Below are positions 12,201 through 24,649 of a stretch of 64,000 nucleotides of DNA, one piece after another. Under the pieces are notes generated by a model. That model was not told the DNA's origin, did not search any database, and saw only the letters and a program-made list of their open reading frames with translations. Numbering within the stretch: position 1 is the first letter of the stretch; every line of letters starts with the position of its first letter. The stretch is from Amoebophrya sp. A120 (lineage: Eukaryota > Protista > Dinoflagellata), in assembly GCA_905178155.1 (NCBI GenBank), contig CAJINV010000002.1, positions 6,974,743 through 7,038,742 of the forward strand. Direction: 5' to 3'. The position numbers and the translations under genes were made by a program.

Positions 12201-15200
12201 CCGAGGCTGATGCGAAGGAACAGCAGGGCTCACCAGATGAGGAAGTTGGTGTCAACTTTAGCGGGCCTATGCGCCCTGTTGCGTCCACAACGACCACATC
12301 AGCCGAGGTAACACCATACCCTCCGTTCGTGCGGCAGAATGGTGCAGCGGGATCGTTTGCAAAACATCACGTAGATGCAGAAGCTGCATCGTCCCCGGTT
12401 AAAGTTAAAGCAACGCCGAGACCGCAGCCTGGCGCCCAGGAAGATGTTGCAATGCCACCAGCACGACGAGGACTCACGCCTGAAACATCAGAGGCTCCTG
12501 GTCGATTTGGTTCCCCTGCAGAAGACAGTACTGGTAGGATCAGTAGTACAAGTACTAATTCTAATGTCGCGACGACCACTGGTGGTCCGCGAGATGCAGA
12601 TCCAACGGACGAGACAGCAGAAGACCCGTCTTTGAAACGGCCAGCAGTGCAAGAAGATCCGAGCAGTCAGCAACATCAGTTGCACTTTTTCGCCGTTCCA
12701 AAGAGCGCTGCGAAACCTGCTGTGGCGGGTGGATTGCCGTTAGCTGGAGGATTAGGGTCTTCGCTGCTTGCGCCACCGCGTTGCACGTCGAGCCCCAGCT
12801 CCCGCCCGTCTCGCACGCGCACCGGCAGTAGCAGTCGCGCCAGGCCGGGGAGCAGCAGTGGCAGTAGCAGCAGCCGTGGTGGTGCGAGCTGCGACGCCAT
12901 TCCGGAAGAGGGGCCCTACGAGGGTGGCCAGGATAACTACGAGACCTTTCCGTCAGTGCCGCCAAGTGGGTTTCTCGAGAAGCTGTATCCGAAGTGGATC
13001 GACGCCATTGCGGACGAGAAGAAGGATATGGCAGAAAAGCATTGTGTAAAGCGTAACTTTGTGCTGTAGACGCTGTTGCAAGATAGTTAGAGTTACTCAA
13101 TTGATGTGATGCTGGACATGAGTGGTCACTCATAGACTAGCTCCTTGCGTGTTTTTTTCACGTTCTGCCTGCGCATGAGGTGCGGTGCCATGCCAGACAG
13201 ATTTGTCATGCTGTTTTCCCAGAAGAGTTACACTAACACAGTTTTTTTCCTTGATAAAGCAGCCAGACGAATGGACGAAGCAGGCCTTCCGCTACCTCGA
13301 TTACCACGGTTGGCCCGCGGGCAGTTTCATGGCCACTATGAAGATCTCCGCGAAGATGGATCTGAAGCCCCGCGACAGAACCACAAACACCGGAGGTCCG
13401 GAAAGCTTTCCCAGCCCGATATTGGTGGAGATGAAGGAGCCCGTCGTACCCCAGAGAAAAATGTCCGCTGACGGCATGATTCGCAACGCGAAAGCCTCGG
13501 AAATTGCGGCCTCCTACGCATGCGGTCGGCCGCAAGATGTTAAGGGAGCTCCTGCAGCGAGCACGGGCACGGCTGCGGCAGCAGGGACGTCGAGGACGAA
13601 CATCAAGCGTGATATTACAGGTTCATCAACAGCACCATCTTCGGCTCTAAGTAGCATATCCTCCAAAACGGCTGCGGAAGCTGCACTAGCTGCGTTCAGT
13701 TGTTGCGGTGTGCGGGAAGAGAGAAAGGACGTGGCAATGAAAGAGGGAGCGTCCAGTGTCCTACAACAAGCTACCGGGGTAGATGGAAGCGGAAGGGTAC
13801 TAGAAGTAGAAGCGAATTATGGTGCTGACTTGGATGGGCTCGCGGGGGCTCTTAGCGCAATGAACCTCGATCACGAGGAAGGAGCTTTGGTGGATGCTGA
13901 TGAGCAACCTGGCGTTCTAACCGAAATCCAGCTTCCGCCGGCAGCAGTCCCAGTCGGATCTTACACGACCAAGAACATAGATATTGCACCGGACCACCAG
14001 CAAGACGCTTGCATGTCGCCAACATCGCAGCAGCATGATCTTGATCAGCAATTTCAAGCTCCTCTTGATGGAAGTAGAAGTAGATGTGGAACAGATGAAA
14101 CCAGTACTACAACAGAAACGGATTGCGACATGGATTGTGGTGCGTTATCGCCGACAGTAGTCTGCCACCAAGAAGAAGAGCAACAGAGTGCTGAGCTGCA
14201 ACACTATCGCAGGGAATTCATCATGCGTCGCGCATTCTACTGGCTTCTCCACTGGGGCAACACAGGAGCATTGCTGAAAGCAACTCCACCGAGCGACAAA
14301 GCAACAGGTGGCGTGGGCAGCAATCCAGGCGTGGAATTGCATCACAAAGACCAACAACTGCAGCAACCTGCGCAACCGTTATTGAATGTGAAGCGGAAAC
14401 GGTGGTGGAAGACAGAAATCGAGCTGGAAACCGCCGTCGAGGGATTCGAGAGCGACGACGACGAGACTGCCACTTCCGCGGGGGGGAAAAGAAGCGCACC
14501 GAAGCAGCCGGAAAAGTATCTTTTGCTCTGCTACGACGAGAACCCCAGTCAGTGCGAACAGGAGCATTTTGGGAACCGGAATAAAAGCGCGGTCGGCGGG
14601 AAACGACAACCGGCGAGTCCGGAACAAGGGCCGACACCAACCGCCTACGAAGCGAGAATGGGAGCTGGAGGATCGAGTACTTCTACACAGATGAAGACGT
14701 TTCTGGGAGCGAGTGGTATACATCATTCAAACTCTTTCTGTGAAAATTGTTCGCAGGAAGTAACCCTGAGCGGCTTTTTTTCTAGTCGTGCCGCGATGAT
14801 GAGTCACGGCGTTGTAAGTAGAAGTAGCCCGCCAATGCAAAAATAACTTCCACATCTTTTCTTGTGTCGTACATATACATTTCTTCAAGATCTTCAAGAG
14901 ACTCCTAATTTAAACTACAGGCTCAGGCGAGCATCGATTTTCCCAGCAGCAGAGGTCTTCCGGCCCTATCAAGGCGAAGCCCGGACTTCTGCGGGAGCTG
15001 AAGCACTGGAAGCTTTTCCAGGGAATGGAAGATTTGAACGCGAGATACTACCTGCCTTACCCAGTCAAGAATCGACCATCCAAAATGGCAGCACCGCAAG
15101 AGCGGCATCCCGGAGCTGGAGGTGGCTTAGGAGTAGAGCACGATGCTTCTACGACTTCTGCAGCTCTCCAACAACCTGCTTCCGACCAGGAACTCGGAGC

Positions 15201-15489
15201 GAGCGCCGCAAGTGGCAGCGGAGCAACGGCTGCTCGCGCCAACAAGCGAAAGGCACCCTCAGCTCCAGTGACCGCGCCGCCACGAGCGGTGTTTGCCCAA
15301 GGGCTTTCGAAGCCGGTCAAGGACAAGGTACTCGTCAAGTTTTTGTTTTTGGGCGACCCGGACGCAAGGCAGAAAAAACGCCTCAATGAGGACGTCAAGT
15401 GGCACTGGGCGAATCTACAGGACAAAATGAAAAACGACAAAATGACGGCTAGTACGATGGCTTGGGCAGGAGATGGCAAAGCGATGTAG
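9266..15489 (+). CDS. Large low-complexity hypothetical protein, 3 exons (~9266-13026, 13262-14715, 14921-15489)
   Basis: ORFs 9266, 13185 and 15025 join in frame after removing a TIR intron (13027-13261) and a GT-AG intron (14716-14920, phase 1); start codon uncertain; no recognisable domain. Confidence 0.7.
13027..13256. mobile_element. Introner-like TIR intron
   Basis: Left TATGGCAGAAAAGCATTGTGTAAAGCGTAACT vs right (revcomp) TATCAAGGAAAAAAACTGTGTTAGTGTAACT; DR AAGGA 13022-26 / AAGCA 13257-61; 235-nt removal restores frame. Confidence 0.75.
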
Positions 15490-18400
15490 TCAGTGGTCTG
15501 ACAGCTGCTCTCGCTGCCGCCCTGGTGGAGTTCTACGAGGAAAGTCCTTGCTGTTCGATCACCTACATCTACTTTCGACGCTGATGGAGAACTAGAACTC
15601 CATTGCTCCGGCAGATGATCTTGAAAACGTTTTCGAATTACGATTTGTTTATTGCAAACCTAAAGATACATATTAATACGCTATTTCTATACGACAATGA
15701 TACGACTTCACAAAAAGATAAAGAATATGATGCAGTAGACCAAATACAGGTACATGAAAATCGCAAGAAAATGATACATAAACACTTACATTGACGCAGA
15801 GAAATATTGATATCGGTAGTTGACTCTCTCGTCCGATCGAAAAAAAACTTTTCGTGAAGACGAGGATATATGAGTCAATAAAACTCACATTCACTTTAAC
15901 TGATTATAACAAAAAAAAATGGTATGATATGAATATTAGCTCCCAAATCTTTTTCTCGCAAAGAAAAGATGCTTTCTAAATCTGAATGTGCGCAGACCTT
16001 ATGCTGAGCCCGGACGAGCTTTCGTCTTCTATCTTCCTCTGCAAATGCAGTTGTCGATACCTCTTGTACCTCATTCGCACATCAAGATCAGGGGCAGCAG
16101 TGGCGCGAGCTGGTGGTGCTGAGGGTAGTGTTTAGATCGAAAGACCGTCTCGGCTCATTATGCTGCTCCCTTTCTTGTCAATTGATTTGTATTCTTTCGA
16201 TATTTTTTTCACGAACGCAACGGCAATCGCGCACCGTTCAAGGAGCTTTATTTCACTTATGTCAACATCATCAGCGGCACTGTTGTGCTTAATTGTTTAC
16301 TTTTTTATCAAATTATCACCTATGCACCAGCGCCAAGAATTCTTTGGCATCTGTCAGGAAGAAAAAAAGCTCCCCTACAGCCACAAGGCGCACTAATTTA
16401 GCAGACCAAGGACGCCAGAGGTACTGCATCGAGTAGAAGAGGCAACAGCATTGTCGGACTCCCGACGTTTTTCTCTGTAGCGTAAATCGCTACAGAGGTA
16501 GTGTCAGGCACGGGAAATCAATGATATCGATCAGATTTATCGATGCAAGTGGTCAGAAAAAAGCCTCGTCGCGTTGGATACTAGAGGTCGTTGTAGTAGT
16601 GCGCTCTTGCAGTGCTATGGCGAAGATAGTGCATGTATTATTGTATATTTTTACTTTTTACTTCAAGAATAATGACGCCGTCCATAAATTATACAGAAGA
16701 ATAAAATGTCTGGTAGTTGTCAAGCTATCGAACAATCACGAGGACTCGTCATGCGCGCGGCGAGATTCTCGTTCTCCGCCGGCTGGTTCTGATGTGATAT
16801 TGCCCAATCGTCATGTCAGATTCAGAAAGATGAAAAGATGCACCAGAAGTAGACAAAAGTTGTTTACTTATTTTCACAATGCGCACGACGCTATTTGTCA
16901 TCAACCTTACTCGACTCAGAGCTTATCCTTGATGAGTGGTTTTTTACCAGAAAGAACGCTTGTTAATGTTGATCTGTAACAAGTAATATTGATTTTCCTT
17001 GCAAAATTTTCTGTCGTGGAATACTAGAATTTTGTTAGCACTATCAGCACCTCCGGCCTGTAGCAAGTTTGCAGACCAAGTAGAAGTGCTATTTCATACA
17101 ATATATCCACCTTGATACAGCTACAATTTTTCCCTCGGAGCCGTGTATAATAATAAATCACTGAAAAATAAGATAAGAAGCAAAAATATGATGATGCTAT
17201 CAGAGGCAGTTGTAGTTGTAGTTGATGAGAGTGAGTGTCAGGATCTTCGGAAGCTTACCAAAGCTGGTGCTGCATCCATGTCTGAGAGAGTTGCCAACCT
17301 GACCAAAAGAAGAACGGTATACGTACCAAACTGAGATTGTTGTGCTTGTAGACTTTCCCCGTAAGCCAAAATGCATGTTACCAGAGCATGCAAGAACTTA
17401 GCACTCACGAAACGGAAACGCGACCCTGGTGGTTTTGGCGCACCATACCGATACGACACTTCAACATCATCACCTCTCTCTCTTATGTATTGCAGCCACT
17501 AGTATTTTCATTTCTCGAGTCTGTTAAGCGAAGACACTTAACAAGTACCCTACAATGAAGGATGTTGGCCTACATCATGGTGACTTTGGACTCTGCTATT
17601 CCCGCGAGTCGGCAGGTTCAGTCTTCATGTGTAGCCAGAATCACAATGTGGTTGTGCTCCTAGTCCTGCCTTGATGTTCATGGTGATATGAAGTTTATAT
17701 GATGTCTTGAAGATATCATGAGCCTCAATTTTCACCAGTCATTTTTTTGCCCTCGTAATATTGCAACTCCAAGTGTCTCAAAACTACCTAGGAACCACTC
17801 AAGAACACCGAGCCACTGTATGCATGTAAAAACCTGAAACTGCATCTTGTGTTGTTGACCTTTCAGCATTATGCCGCTCCCTGCTACACAAACCACGTGC
17901 TCGATCTACCAGAGTAGAACAAAAAAATTTCTTCACCCAAGAAGCAGCGCAAGTCATCATGGACGTCGGGCTATTAATTATACGTACGTGCCAGTATCAG
18001 TTTGTTTTCCAGCGAAGGGCGTAGACATTAGGAAAAAAAGCAAGTGTCTTCTTGAAAAAGCAGAAGGAAAGCAAAACAAGAAGATACTTCCATGGAGAAT
18101 AAGAATATCCTTGTCCATCGCATTCGGAATTACACCCGTGGAGGAAAGCAGGATAAGAGCTACATACGTGGAGAAAATCGACTTGTTGTGTCCATGAAAA
18201 ACCTCTGACGCTGACCAGATGAATGTGGACATGGAGCAGTGTCGTGAGGAACCCCCTCCGAAAAAATGATGCTGGCATAGATATGGAAACAGGAAGATAG
18301 AAGTGCCCGTTATTCTTGAAATCAATGATGAAGCGATTCGCTTCGTTATTCCGAAGGCAAACTACTTACCCAACTTTTCTTCCTCCTGACCTGCTATGCG

Positions 18401-18666
18401 TATCAAGAAAAAACTGCCCTTTACATGAAACAGCTGAAGCTGCTGGACGGAGATAAAGCCAAAGAGCCTACAAAAGTAGGAGCGACAGCTGCGCAGGCAC
18501 GCTGCTAGAAACTATGGCTATTACAACACGTTGAAGAAGCACTAGCTACGTACTTCTGCTTTCTCCGACTTTCTGGCGACCTGACGTCGTCGTATGCTAG
18601 GTAGTAGTACGTTCAACTAGCAGCACGCAGCTTGCGGCGTGATTATGTTCTCAAATTATCAAAAGA

Positions 18667-20546
18667 TTTCTGCTAATAGAGGAGGAGGTTGTCATGTGCT
18701 CAAGGAAAGGATAGAGGTTGTCATGTGCTAAGAAACTTGTGCTTCTTATGCTATGTTGCCTTAGCCTTCCCGCATCATTCTATAAAGGAGTACAAGCAAG
18801 TTGCCGTAGCCATTTTGGCTCAAGCAAGTTTTCTATGCTTGTGCAGAGGCGTGTAGAAGAGAACTTGTTTTCCGGTAGTCTCATGAAATAATGGCGTCGT
18901 CCCCCTCACTGACAGCGCCGCCGCAGCACGGGCCAACGCATAGCCCCGTCGTGGAGTTAGATAGAAGGCTCCGGATAGAGTAGTAAATAGAAAGCAACAG
19001 TAAGACTAGCGGCTGGAGACACAAGCTCGGTGATACGCGAGGCGTGCCCGCCAACTCCGGACCCGCAGGGATACGCCCCTCCCCGCGGGATATCGTGGAA
19101 AAGAGGCATAGATCCCAAACAGCAGACTAGCCGCGGTGTGCCATGAGGGCCGGCGCGGATGGGGACCGGAAGGGGGGAGTCGTGCACCAGGCACCGAAAA
19201 GGCATGCTTGCCCGCCGCAACAGGAGTCGGCATGATGTCATGTGTGAGCGGAGGTGCCAACTGCGCTAGGCAGTGGAAGGGCGGATAGATACAAATACTC
19301 ACTTAGATTGCACAGGTAGAACTTTGAAAAAGAGACTTCTCAGGCTTGAGAAATTGCATAGTGCATTGATCCCCTCCGATGGCCCCGGCACACTGCAGGC
19401 ACGGGTACGGAAACTGCCGCCCGCGATCACAGCGCAGGCGCGTGTCGAAGGCATTTACTTTACTTTACGCGTTTTCCTTTTACCAAAACCAAAACAGAAG
19501 ACTAGTAACCGGGCCTACAACATAACGACTAGTAGTAAATAACACACTCCACCTCCGCGCCCGCCGTGGTCGTGACCTTCGTGCCGTGATCGAGCGACGC
19601 GACAAGGGCCTGCGTTTTTCTTAGGGACGAGGGCGCAGGACATGTCAGTGAGAGGAACCCGCGGGCTTGTCCTTATCGATCTTTTGTCGTTTCCCTGGTT
19701 ATTTCTTTGATTTCACCCAGGCTATCTTTCTTTGTGCATCAGCACAGCCAGCTTGCTCGAGAACAACGCCCTTCTTAACGAAGTCGGACGTGGACGCGCC
19801 TACACGCGCGACAGAAGGACCTCCGCCGACGACGGGGGAGGGGTAACCGAGGATCGACGACGGGGGAGCATTCTGCACAGCGTCGGATCGGGCGGCGTTT
19901 TCATAATATCATCATTCTGGAGTACTTCATGTCGACGGTGGAGGGATAGGGAGTCCTCCACTGCGGGCTTCAGCCGACAGGTAACTCTGTTGCTTCGCCC
20001 TCACAACCATTCGACAGTAGTGGCTCACTTCTTCTCGTCGAGCAGGCGTGGCGTTGGGCACTCTGGTTACGGGCTTCGGTCTCGACCCTGTTGTCGCTCC
20101 AGCGCCACAAATCCAAACTTTGCGCCCCGAGCTCTCTCGCTGTGGTTTGACACGCATCACGGTGTAGTAGCTAGTATGTTGCGTCGTCTCTCCACCGGGA
20201 AATTACGACATCAAGTGAAGACGTACAGCAGGCAGATACAACTACCGCGGATCCAGCGAGCCACTACATTCAAGCGGCCAGCGACACCATGGGGGCGTTT
20301 GCAGTACAGACTCGGGGACGGGCCTTGAGCGGAGAAAAGGAGATCTTCATGGGTCGTGGCACTGAAGTCCTAGGTTTTGTACACCTGGCAGGGCTATTTG
20401 TCCACGATATAAAAACCTATCCCCAGCTCGGCTAGTCGTCTCCAGAACTATGTCCTATAGTTAAGCTTAAGACAGAAGTAGCTTAGTAGTTAGAAGCTGA
20501 CTATAGAGGTTTCCTCCTCCTCCTCCTTTCTGCTAATAGAGGAGGA
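18667..20546. mobile_element. 1.84-kb insertion flanked by a 20-bp direct repeat, carrying a spliced leader (retroposed-like)
   Basis: TTTCTGCTAATAGAGGAGGA at 18667-18686 and 20527-20546; (TCC)5 at 20512-20526; DinoSL inside. Confidence 0.6.
18803..18824 (+). other. Dinoflagellate spliced-leader (DinoSL) sequence, relict copy
   Basis: GCCGTAGCCATTTTGGCTCAAG is an exact match to DCCGTAGCCATTTTGGCTCAAG; followed by CAAGTT, not a GT donor. Confidence 0.9.
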
Positions 20547-22055
20547 TCAACAGTACTTCTGCGCGTCGGTGTGCTGCTGTAAAATTTTTGGGATCGCGAT
20601 TTCTAAAAACGCACGCTATTGCGTGTAGCAGCTGCGAACGAGGGAAGACCTAAATGAGAACAGATGGAGCAAGCAATTCCATTTCGAAGACGAGCGGCAA
20701 AAATTTATTGAAAACAATATACAATCAAATGATCCCGAACCCGAACGAACAAGATCTATGTATGGGTCTGACATCAGCATAGTGCAATGCTATCGGTTGA
20801 TATGTTTCTGTATCATTCTGTGCCTTACTTCAAGGCGTATTCTATCTGTATTTTTGTATTGGTATAGAAAATCGTGGCCGAGGGGGCCGAACGTGAGAAG
20901 TGCCTGCCGGAACTACTTCTTAACTACATTGATTGATCCACCCTAGTAGAAATAAATTACAACTTACAATCTGTAAATACAGAAAACAAAGGACAAGAAC
21001 GATCGCCGTTTGCGTCATCTATCAAAAAGTATCTTCTACTCTTCACAACTTTTTTCAAACCACGTTCGCTGTTTCAGAATACGATATTCATACTCAAGTA
21101 AGTATTTCATAAATAAAATCGAAGCACACGGTAAAAATGAAGCATTGCGCCCTTTCGATGGCGGGAACAATTCATGCCACCCTCCTGCTGCACTCTAGTG
21201 GTGTTGGTTTATACTTTTGTGCGGCCCTTCCTATCGTGCAGTTGGGGGCCAGTAGCAGCACCACTGCAGGTTTTTATAGAGGACTCGCATAGTTATTATA
21301 GGGCCCGCATGGCGAGTCGAGGATTTTGCCGCGATATATCGGAGACACGTTGCGTCTGCGTGTTCTACGGGAACAAGCTAACAATCCATGCGTGTCTTTT
21401 GTGACTGAAACTGATCATGTTGATGCGAGCGGAAATAAAGAGTAAGAGACCTGCGCGGAGGTGGGGCGCTGATCAAGAGATGGAGATCTGTATCAGATCT
21501 ATCCTTGCAGGAGCAACAGGATCTTCTGCCACATGTTCGATGGCATCCCGGATGAAGATCTCCTTGGCGAACATGATGTTGATTTTTTGTTTCTTGGGAA
21601 ATGATTTTTTCTGTGCGACGAGAGCATCAGAGCGGGTGACGATTGTGTTTGTACGTGTTGTCCTGCCGGAGCATCAAAAATGGATCCGCGGCTCGGACAG
21701 GGAGATCTCAACACCAGCAGAAAAACGCAGCGTCCGGCGACCGTCGTTCATGATCGAAGATCCCGTTTGTTTTTTCGATTTCGAATAGAGGCAGAACAAG
21801 AAGTGATTTCGTTGCATGATGTCTCTATCCTGTCTCCCGCTATTGTCGAAATTATTTGTGAAAGTTGTCGATTCTGCTTTATCATATATTACATGAGTAT
21901 CTTGTTTCTTCATCTATCTACTTCACTTTTTGATTATTCATTTTTTGCCTTGCGCTTGCTCCAAAATGTGACACATCCATACCTCATTCTTTGCGCTCGC
22001 TGTGTTAGTGAACAGGTCGTGATTTGCACGGTGATGAAATCACTGGAAATAACAG

Positions 22056-22624
22056 ATGTTTTCAAATCGTGATCCAGCGGAGGATGGCAGTGCTAGCACG
22101 TCGGCCACTGCGCACCAACAGTGGCAGCAGGGAAACGCCAGGTCTTGCGGCTTTTTCGGAACCACTTTGGTACATCCACCGATCACCGCTGGTCAGTTCG
22201 CCAATAATTATCCGAACGCAGTGAGTGCGCATGCTAAGAATGCACCAAGCGTGCTCGCTCCCACCGCGAGTTCCAGTGAAAGAGCCACGACCGTCGAGTC
22301 GGTCCACGAGGCGCTGGAGATTCAGATCCTTCGCGACCAAAAAACGGGTCGGCTTGGATCATTGCCTCCCGGCGCCAGCAGCACGACTTCTTCTAGCGCC
22401 ACGTCGTTGTATTCGAAAAATGTTGCGACCAAGAACCGTACTACAGGTGGTGCGAGCGCTGCTGCAAGCTTGGTCGTCGGTGGTGCTCAAAGAGGTTCCT
22501 ACTTCGATCTTCAGCAACAAGGAGGACAACATCATGAAATAGACCACACCACAGAGACAGTAACTTCACCGCTCTACCGCCTATCGGACATTCGCGTTTC
22601 TGGCCCGATCCCGACTGCATTGAT
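22056..22624 (+). pseudogene. Truncated duplicate of the 5' part of the 24650-29230 gene
   Basis: MFSNRDPAEDGS...PLYRLSDIRVSGPIPTALI is nearly identical to the protein from 24650; homology extends upstream to ~21810 (vs ~24460) and stops at 22624. Confidence 0.85.
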
Positions 22625-22714
22625 TCAAATGCTAATGCAAAATGACTGCGATTTAGAAATGAATGCAAAATGAGTGGTGATTTTGTAATGGTCTGGAATC
22701 CAGAATCAGGTCGG

Positions 22715-22807
22715 GGTGAATTTAGGAAATTGCAAAAATTTCCTAAATTCACCGCCCACCAATTTCTAAATTCACCGCTAAATTCACCGATCGCAGCATA
22801 CCATCGG
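22715..22807. repeat. 17-bp perfect hairpin plus TAAATTCACC direct repeats and AGCATACCATCGG motif
   Basis: GGTGAATTTAGGAAATT-GCAAA-AATTTCCTAAATTCACC (22715-22753); further TAAATTCACC copies ~22767 and ~22779. Confidence 0.8.
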
Positions 22808-23269
22808 TAAAGGGGGTACTTTAGTGCTCTTTTTTTGGGCGAAACAGCACGGCACGCCACATCAGTGATTTTTAGCAAAAGAAGCATTCTCATCATACCA
22901 TGGGGAATGATCTTTAAATGCAAGCTTTTTCCGATGGCAGTGGCGTTTTTTTGCGATTTTGTTGTCCAAAATTAAAACGCTGCAGTTGAACTCTTAAGAA
23001 GAAAGGGAGAAAGTCACGAAACCACCAAAAGACTTGCTTCGCGAAAAAAGACGTGGAAAAGTGTGGTAGGTTGGGCGTTGCCGGGGCGGGGATTGCAATC
23101 AATGTGAGGGAGCCGTGGCGACGAGTCCCGTGTCGCCATCACCTCTATTTGTGCTAGACCTTGCCCCGCGAACCATAACCACCCGAAAGACCGGCCCCAC
23201 GATTCTACGCCACCTCTAAAATCACTCGAAATTCACCACCCTTATATCTAATGGGCGTCCAAGCCGTAA

Positions 23270-23335
23270 AGTAACTTCACCGCTCTACCGCCTATCGGAC
23301 ATTCGCGTTTCGGGCCCGATCCCGACTGCATTGAT
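23270..23335 (+). repeat. 66-bp second copy of exon segment 22559-22624
   Basis: AGTAACTTCACCGCTCTACCGCCTATCGGAC...CCGACTGCATTGAT repeated with one mismatch. Confidence 0.9.
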
Positions 23336-23474
23336 GCAATCGGACTGTCCACTGCCTCCCAACTTGGTCGAAAGTGGACAGCTTTTGGCACTCATGCAAC
23401 ACAGATTTTTGCATTATTCGGAAGTAGCATGACAAGTTGCAATCTTCCAGACCCAGACATTTTTGCAATGCATA

Positions 23475-23990
23475 GAATAGGTGGTCGCGTGTTCACGCAG
23501 ACCTGCGATGAATTCCGCCAGTTTCGCTTTCATGGTGTCCGCGTCCAGCCAATATCAAATGGAAAAATGTCTGGGTCTGGAAGATTGTAAACTTGTCATG
23601 CTGCATTTGGATACTACGAAAATCTGTGTTGCATGAACAGTAGAAGAGGTCCAGTTTATTTTGCCACAGCGAGAGGGCAACATTTCTCATGCGGTAATAT
23701 AGGCATCAGGGAGACCTCACAAAATCTGTGATGCTATGGCATGCATCACAGACGTCAGGAGTCATGCAAAATGTGCATGACAGACCTTGCATCCTTCCAG
23801 ACCCAGACATATTTGCGTTTGATACCCAATCGCCGTCCGCAATTTCCTCGACTTTGTTCTTCAGGCCCTCCTCCCGTTTTTTGGCGCTGTCCACTTCCTT
23901 CTGCAACTGCGGCTTGTCGCACTGCTCCAGTGTGGAATCGCCTGTATTTTCCGGGTTGAATTGGCTTTCACAAGCAGATTTCCGAAACGC
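23475..23990 (-). pseudogene. Captured minus-strand fragment of another gene (two exons, with introners)
   Basis: Minus strand reads ...LEQCDKPQLQKEVDSAKKREEGLKNKVEEIADGDW|LDADTMKAKLAEFIAGLREHATTY after removing the 23553-23824 element; a second, truncated introner end lies at ~23445-23474; upper boundary approximate. Confidence 0.65.
23553..23824. mobile_element. Introner-like TIR intron (GTCTGGGTCTGGA family)
   Basis: TATCAAATGGAAAAATGTCTGGGTCTGGAAG ... CTTCCAGACCCAGACATATTTGCGTTTGATA; DR GCCAA/CCCAA; same TIR core as 61286-61539. Confidence 0.8.
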
Positions 23991-24247
23991 GCACCGAGCA
24001 AACGAATAAGAATCTAGTACACAGTCAACCGAGGGCTCGAACACTACCCACAAGCCAATAGTGTTCTTTAGGCGCAAGCAGAAATAAATCTAGGACAAAT
24101 GTATTCCAAAATAGGCACAATATCCATCAATGTGTTCTGGCTGGACCCAGTCCAGCCCAAGCGTAGCAAAGGTTCGACGTGCTTCATTCTAACGCATCGC
24201 GTAAGGTCCCTAATGTTCCCCGTGTCACAGCAGCACATCTGAGAATC

Positions 24248-24446
24248 ACTACAGGTGGTGCGAGCGCTGCTGCAAGCTTGGTCGTCGTCGGTGGTGCAGC
24301 TCAAAGAGATTCCTACTTCGATCTGCAGCAACAAGGACAACTTCATGATATAGTTATAGACCACGCAGCAGGGACAAGAATTTCACCTCTCTACCGCCTA
24401 TCGGACATTCGCGTTTCGGGCCCGATCCCGACTGCATTGATTCTGC
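24248..24446 (+). pseudogene. Third, more diverged partial copy of the same exon
   Basis: Encodes TTGGASAAASLVVVGGAAQRDSYFDLQQQG...PLYRLSDIRVSGPIPTALIL. Confidence 0.85.
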
Positions 24447-24649
24447 CTGTATCGTCCTGTCTGTTGCACGATGCCTGTATCGTCCTGTCTCCCTATTATA
24501 GAAGTGTGTGACAGTTGTCGATTCTCATTCTGCTCTAACATATATTTAAGTAGACGAGTATCATGTTTATGCATACCTCATTCATTGCTCTCGCTGTGTT
24601 GGTGAACAGGCCGCGATTTGAATGTTGGTACAATCACTGAAAATAACAG

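Noticed and set aside
13042-13240. Shorter in-frame intron bounded by TGTGT/ACACA
   Set aside because: The wider 13027-13256 boundaries fit the TAT/ATA plus 5-bp DR rule and extend the TIR
18803-18860. SL RNA gene
   Set aside because: No GT donor after the 22-nt exon, so it cannot act as a standard SL donor
19732-20328. 198-aa ORF as retroelement gag/pol
   Set aside because: No RT, integrase, zinc-knuckle or tyrosine-recombinase motifs seen
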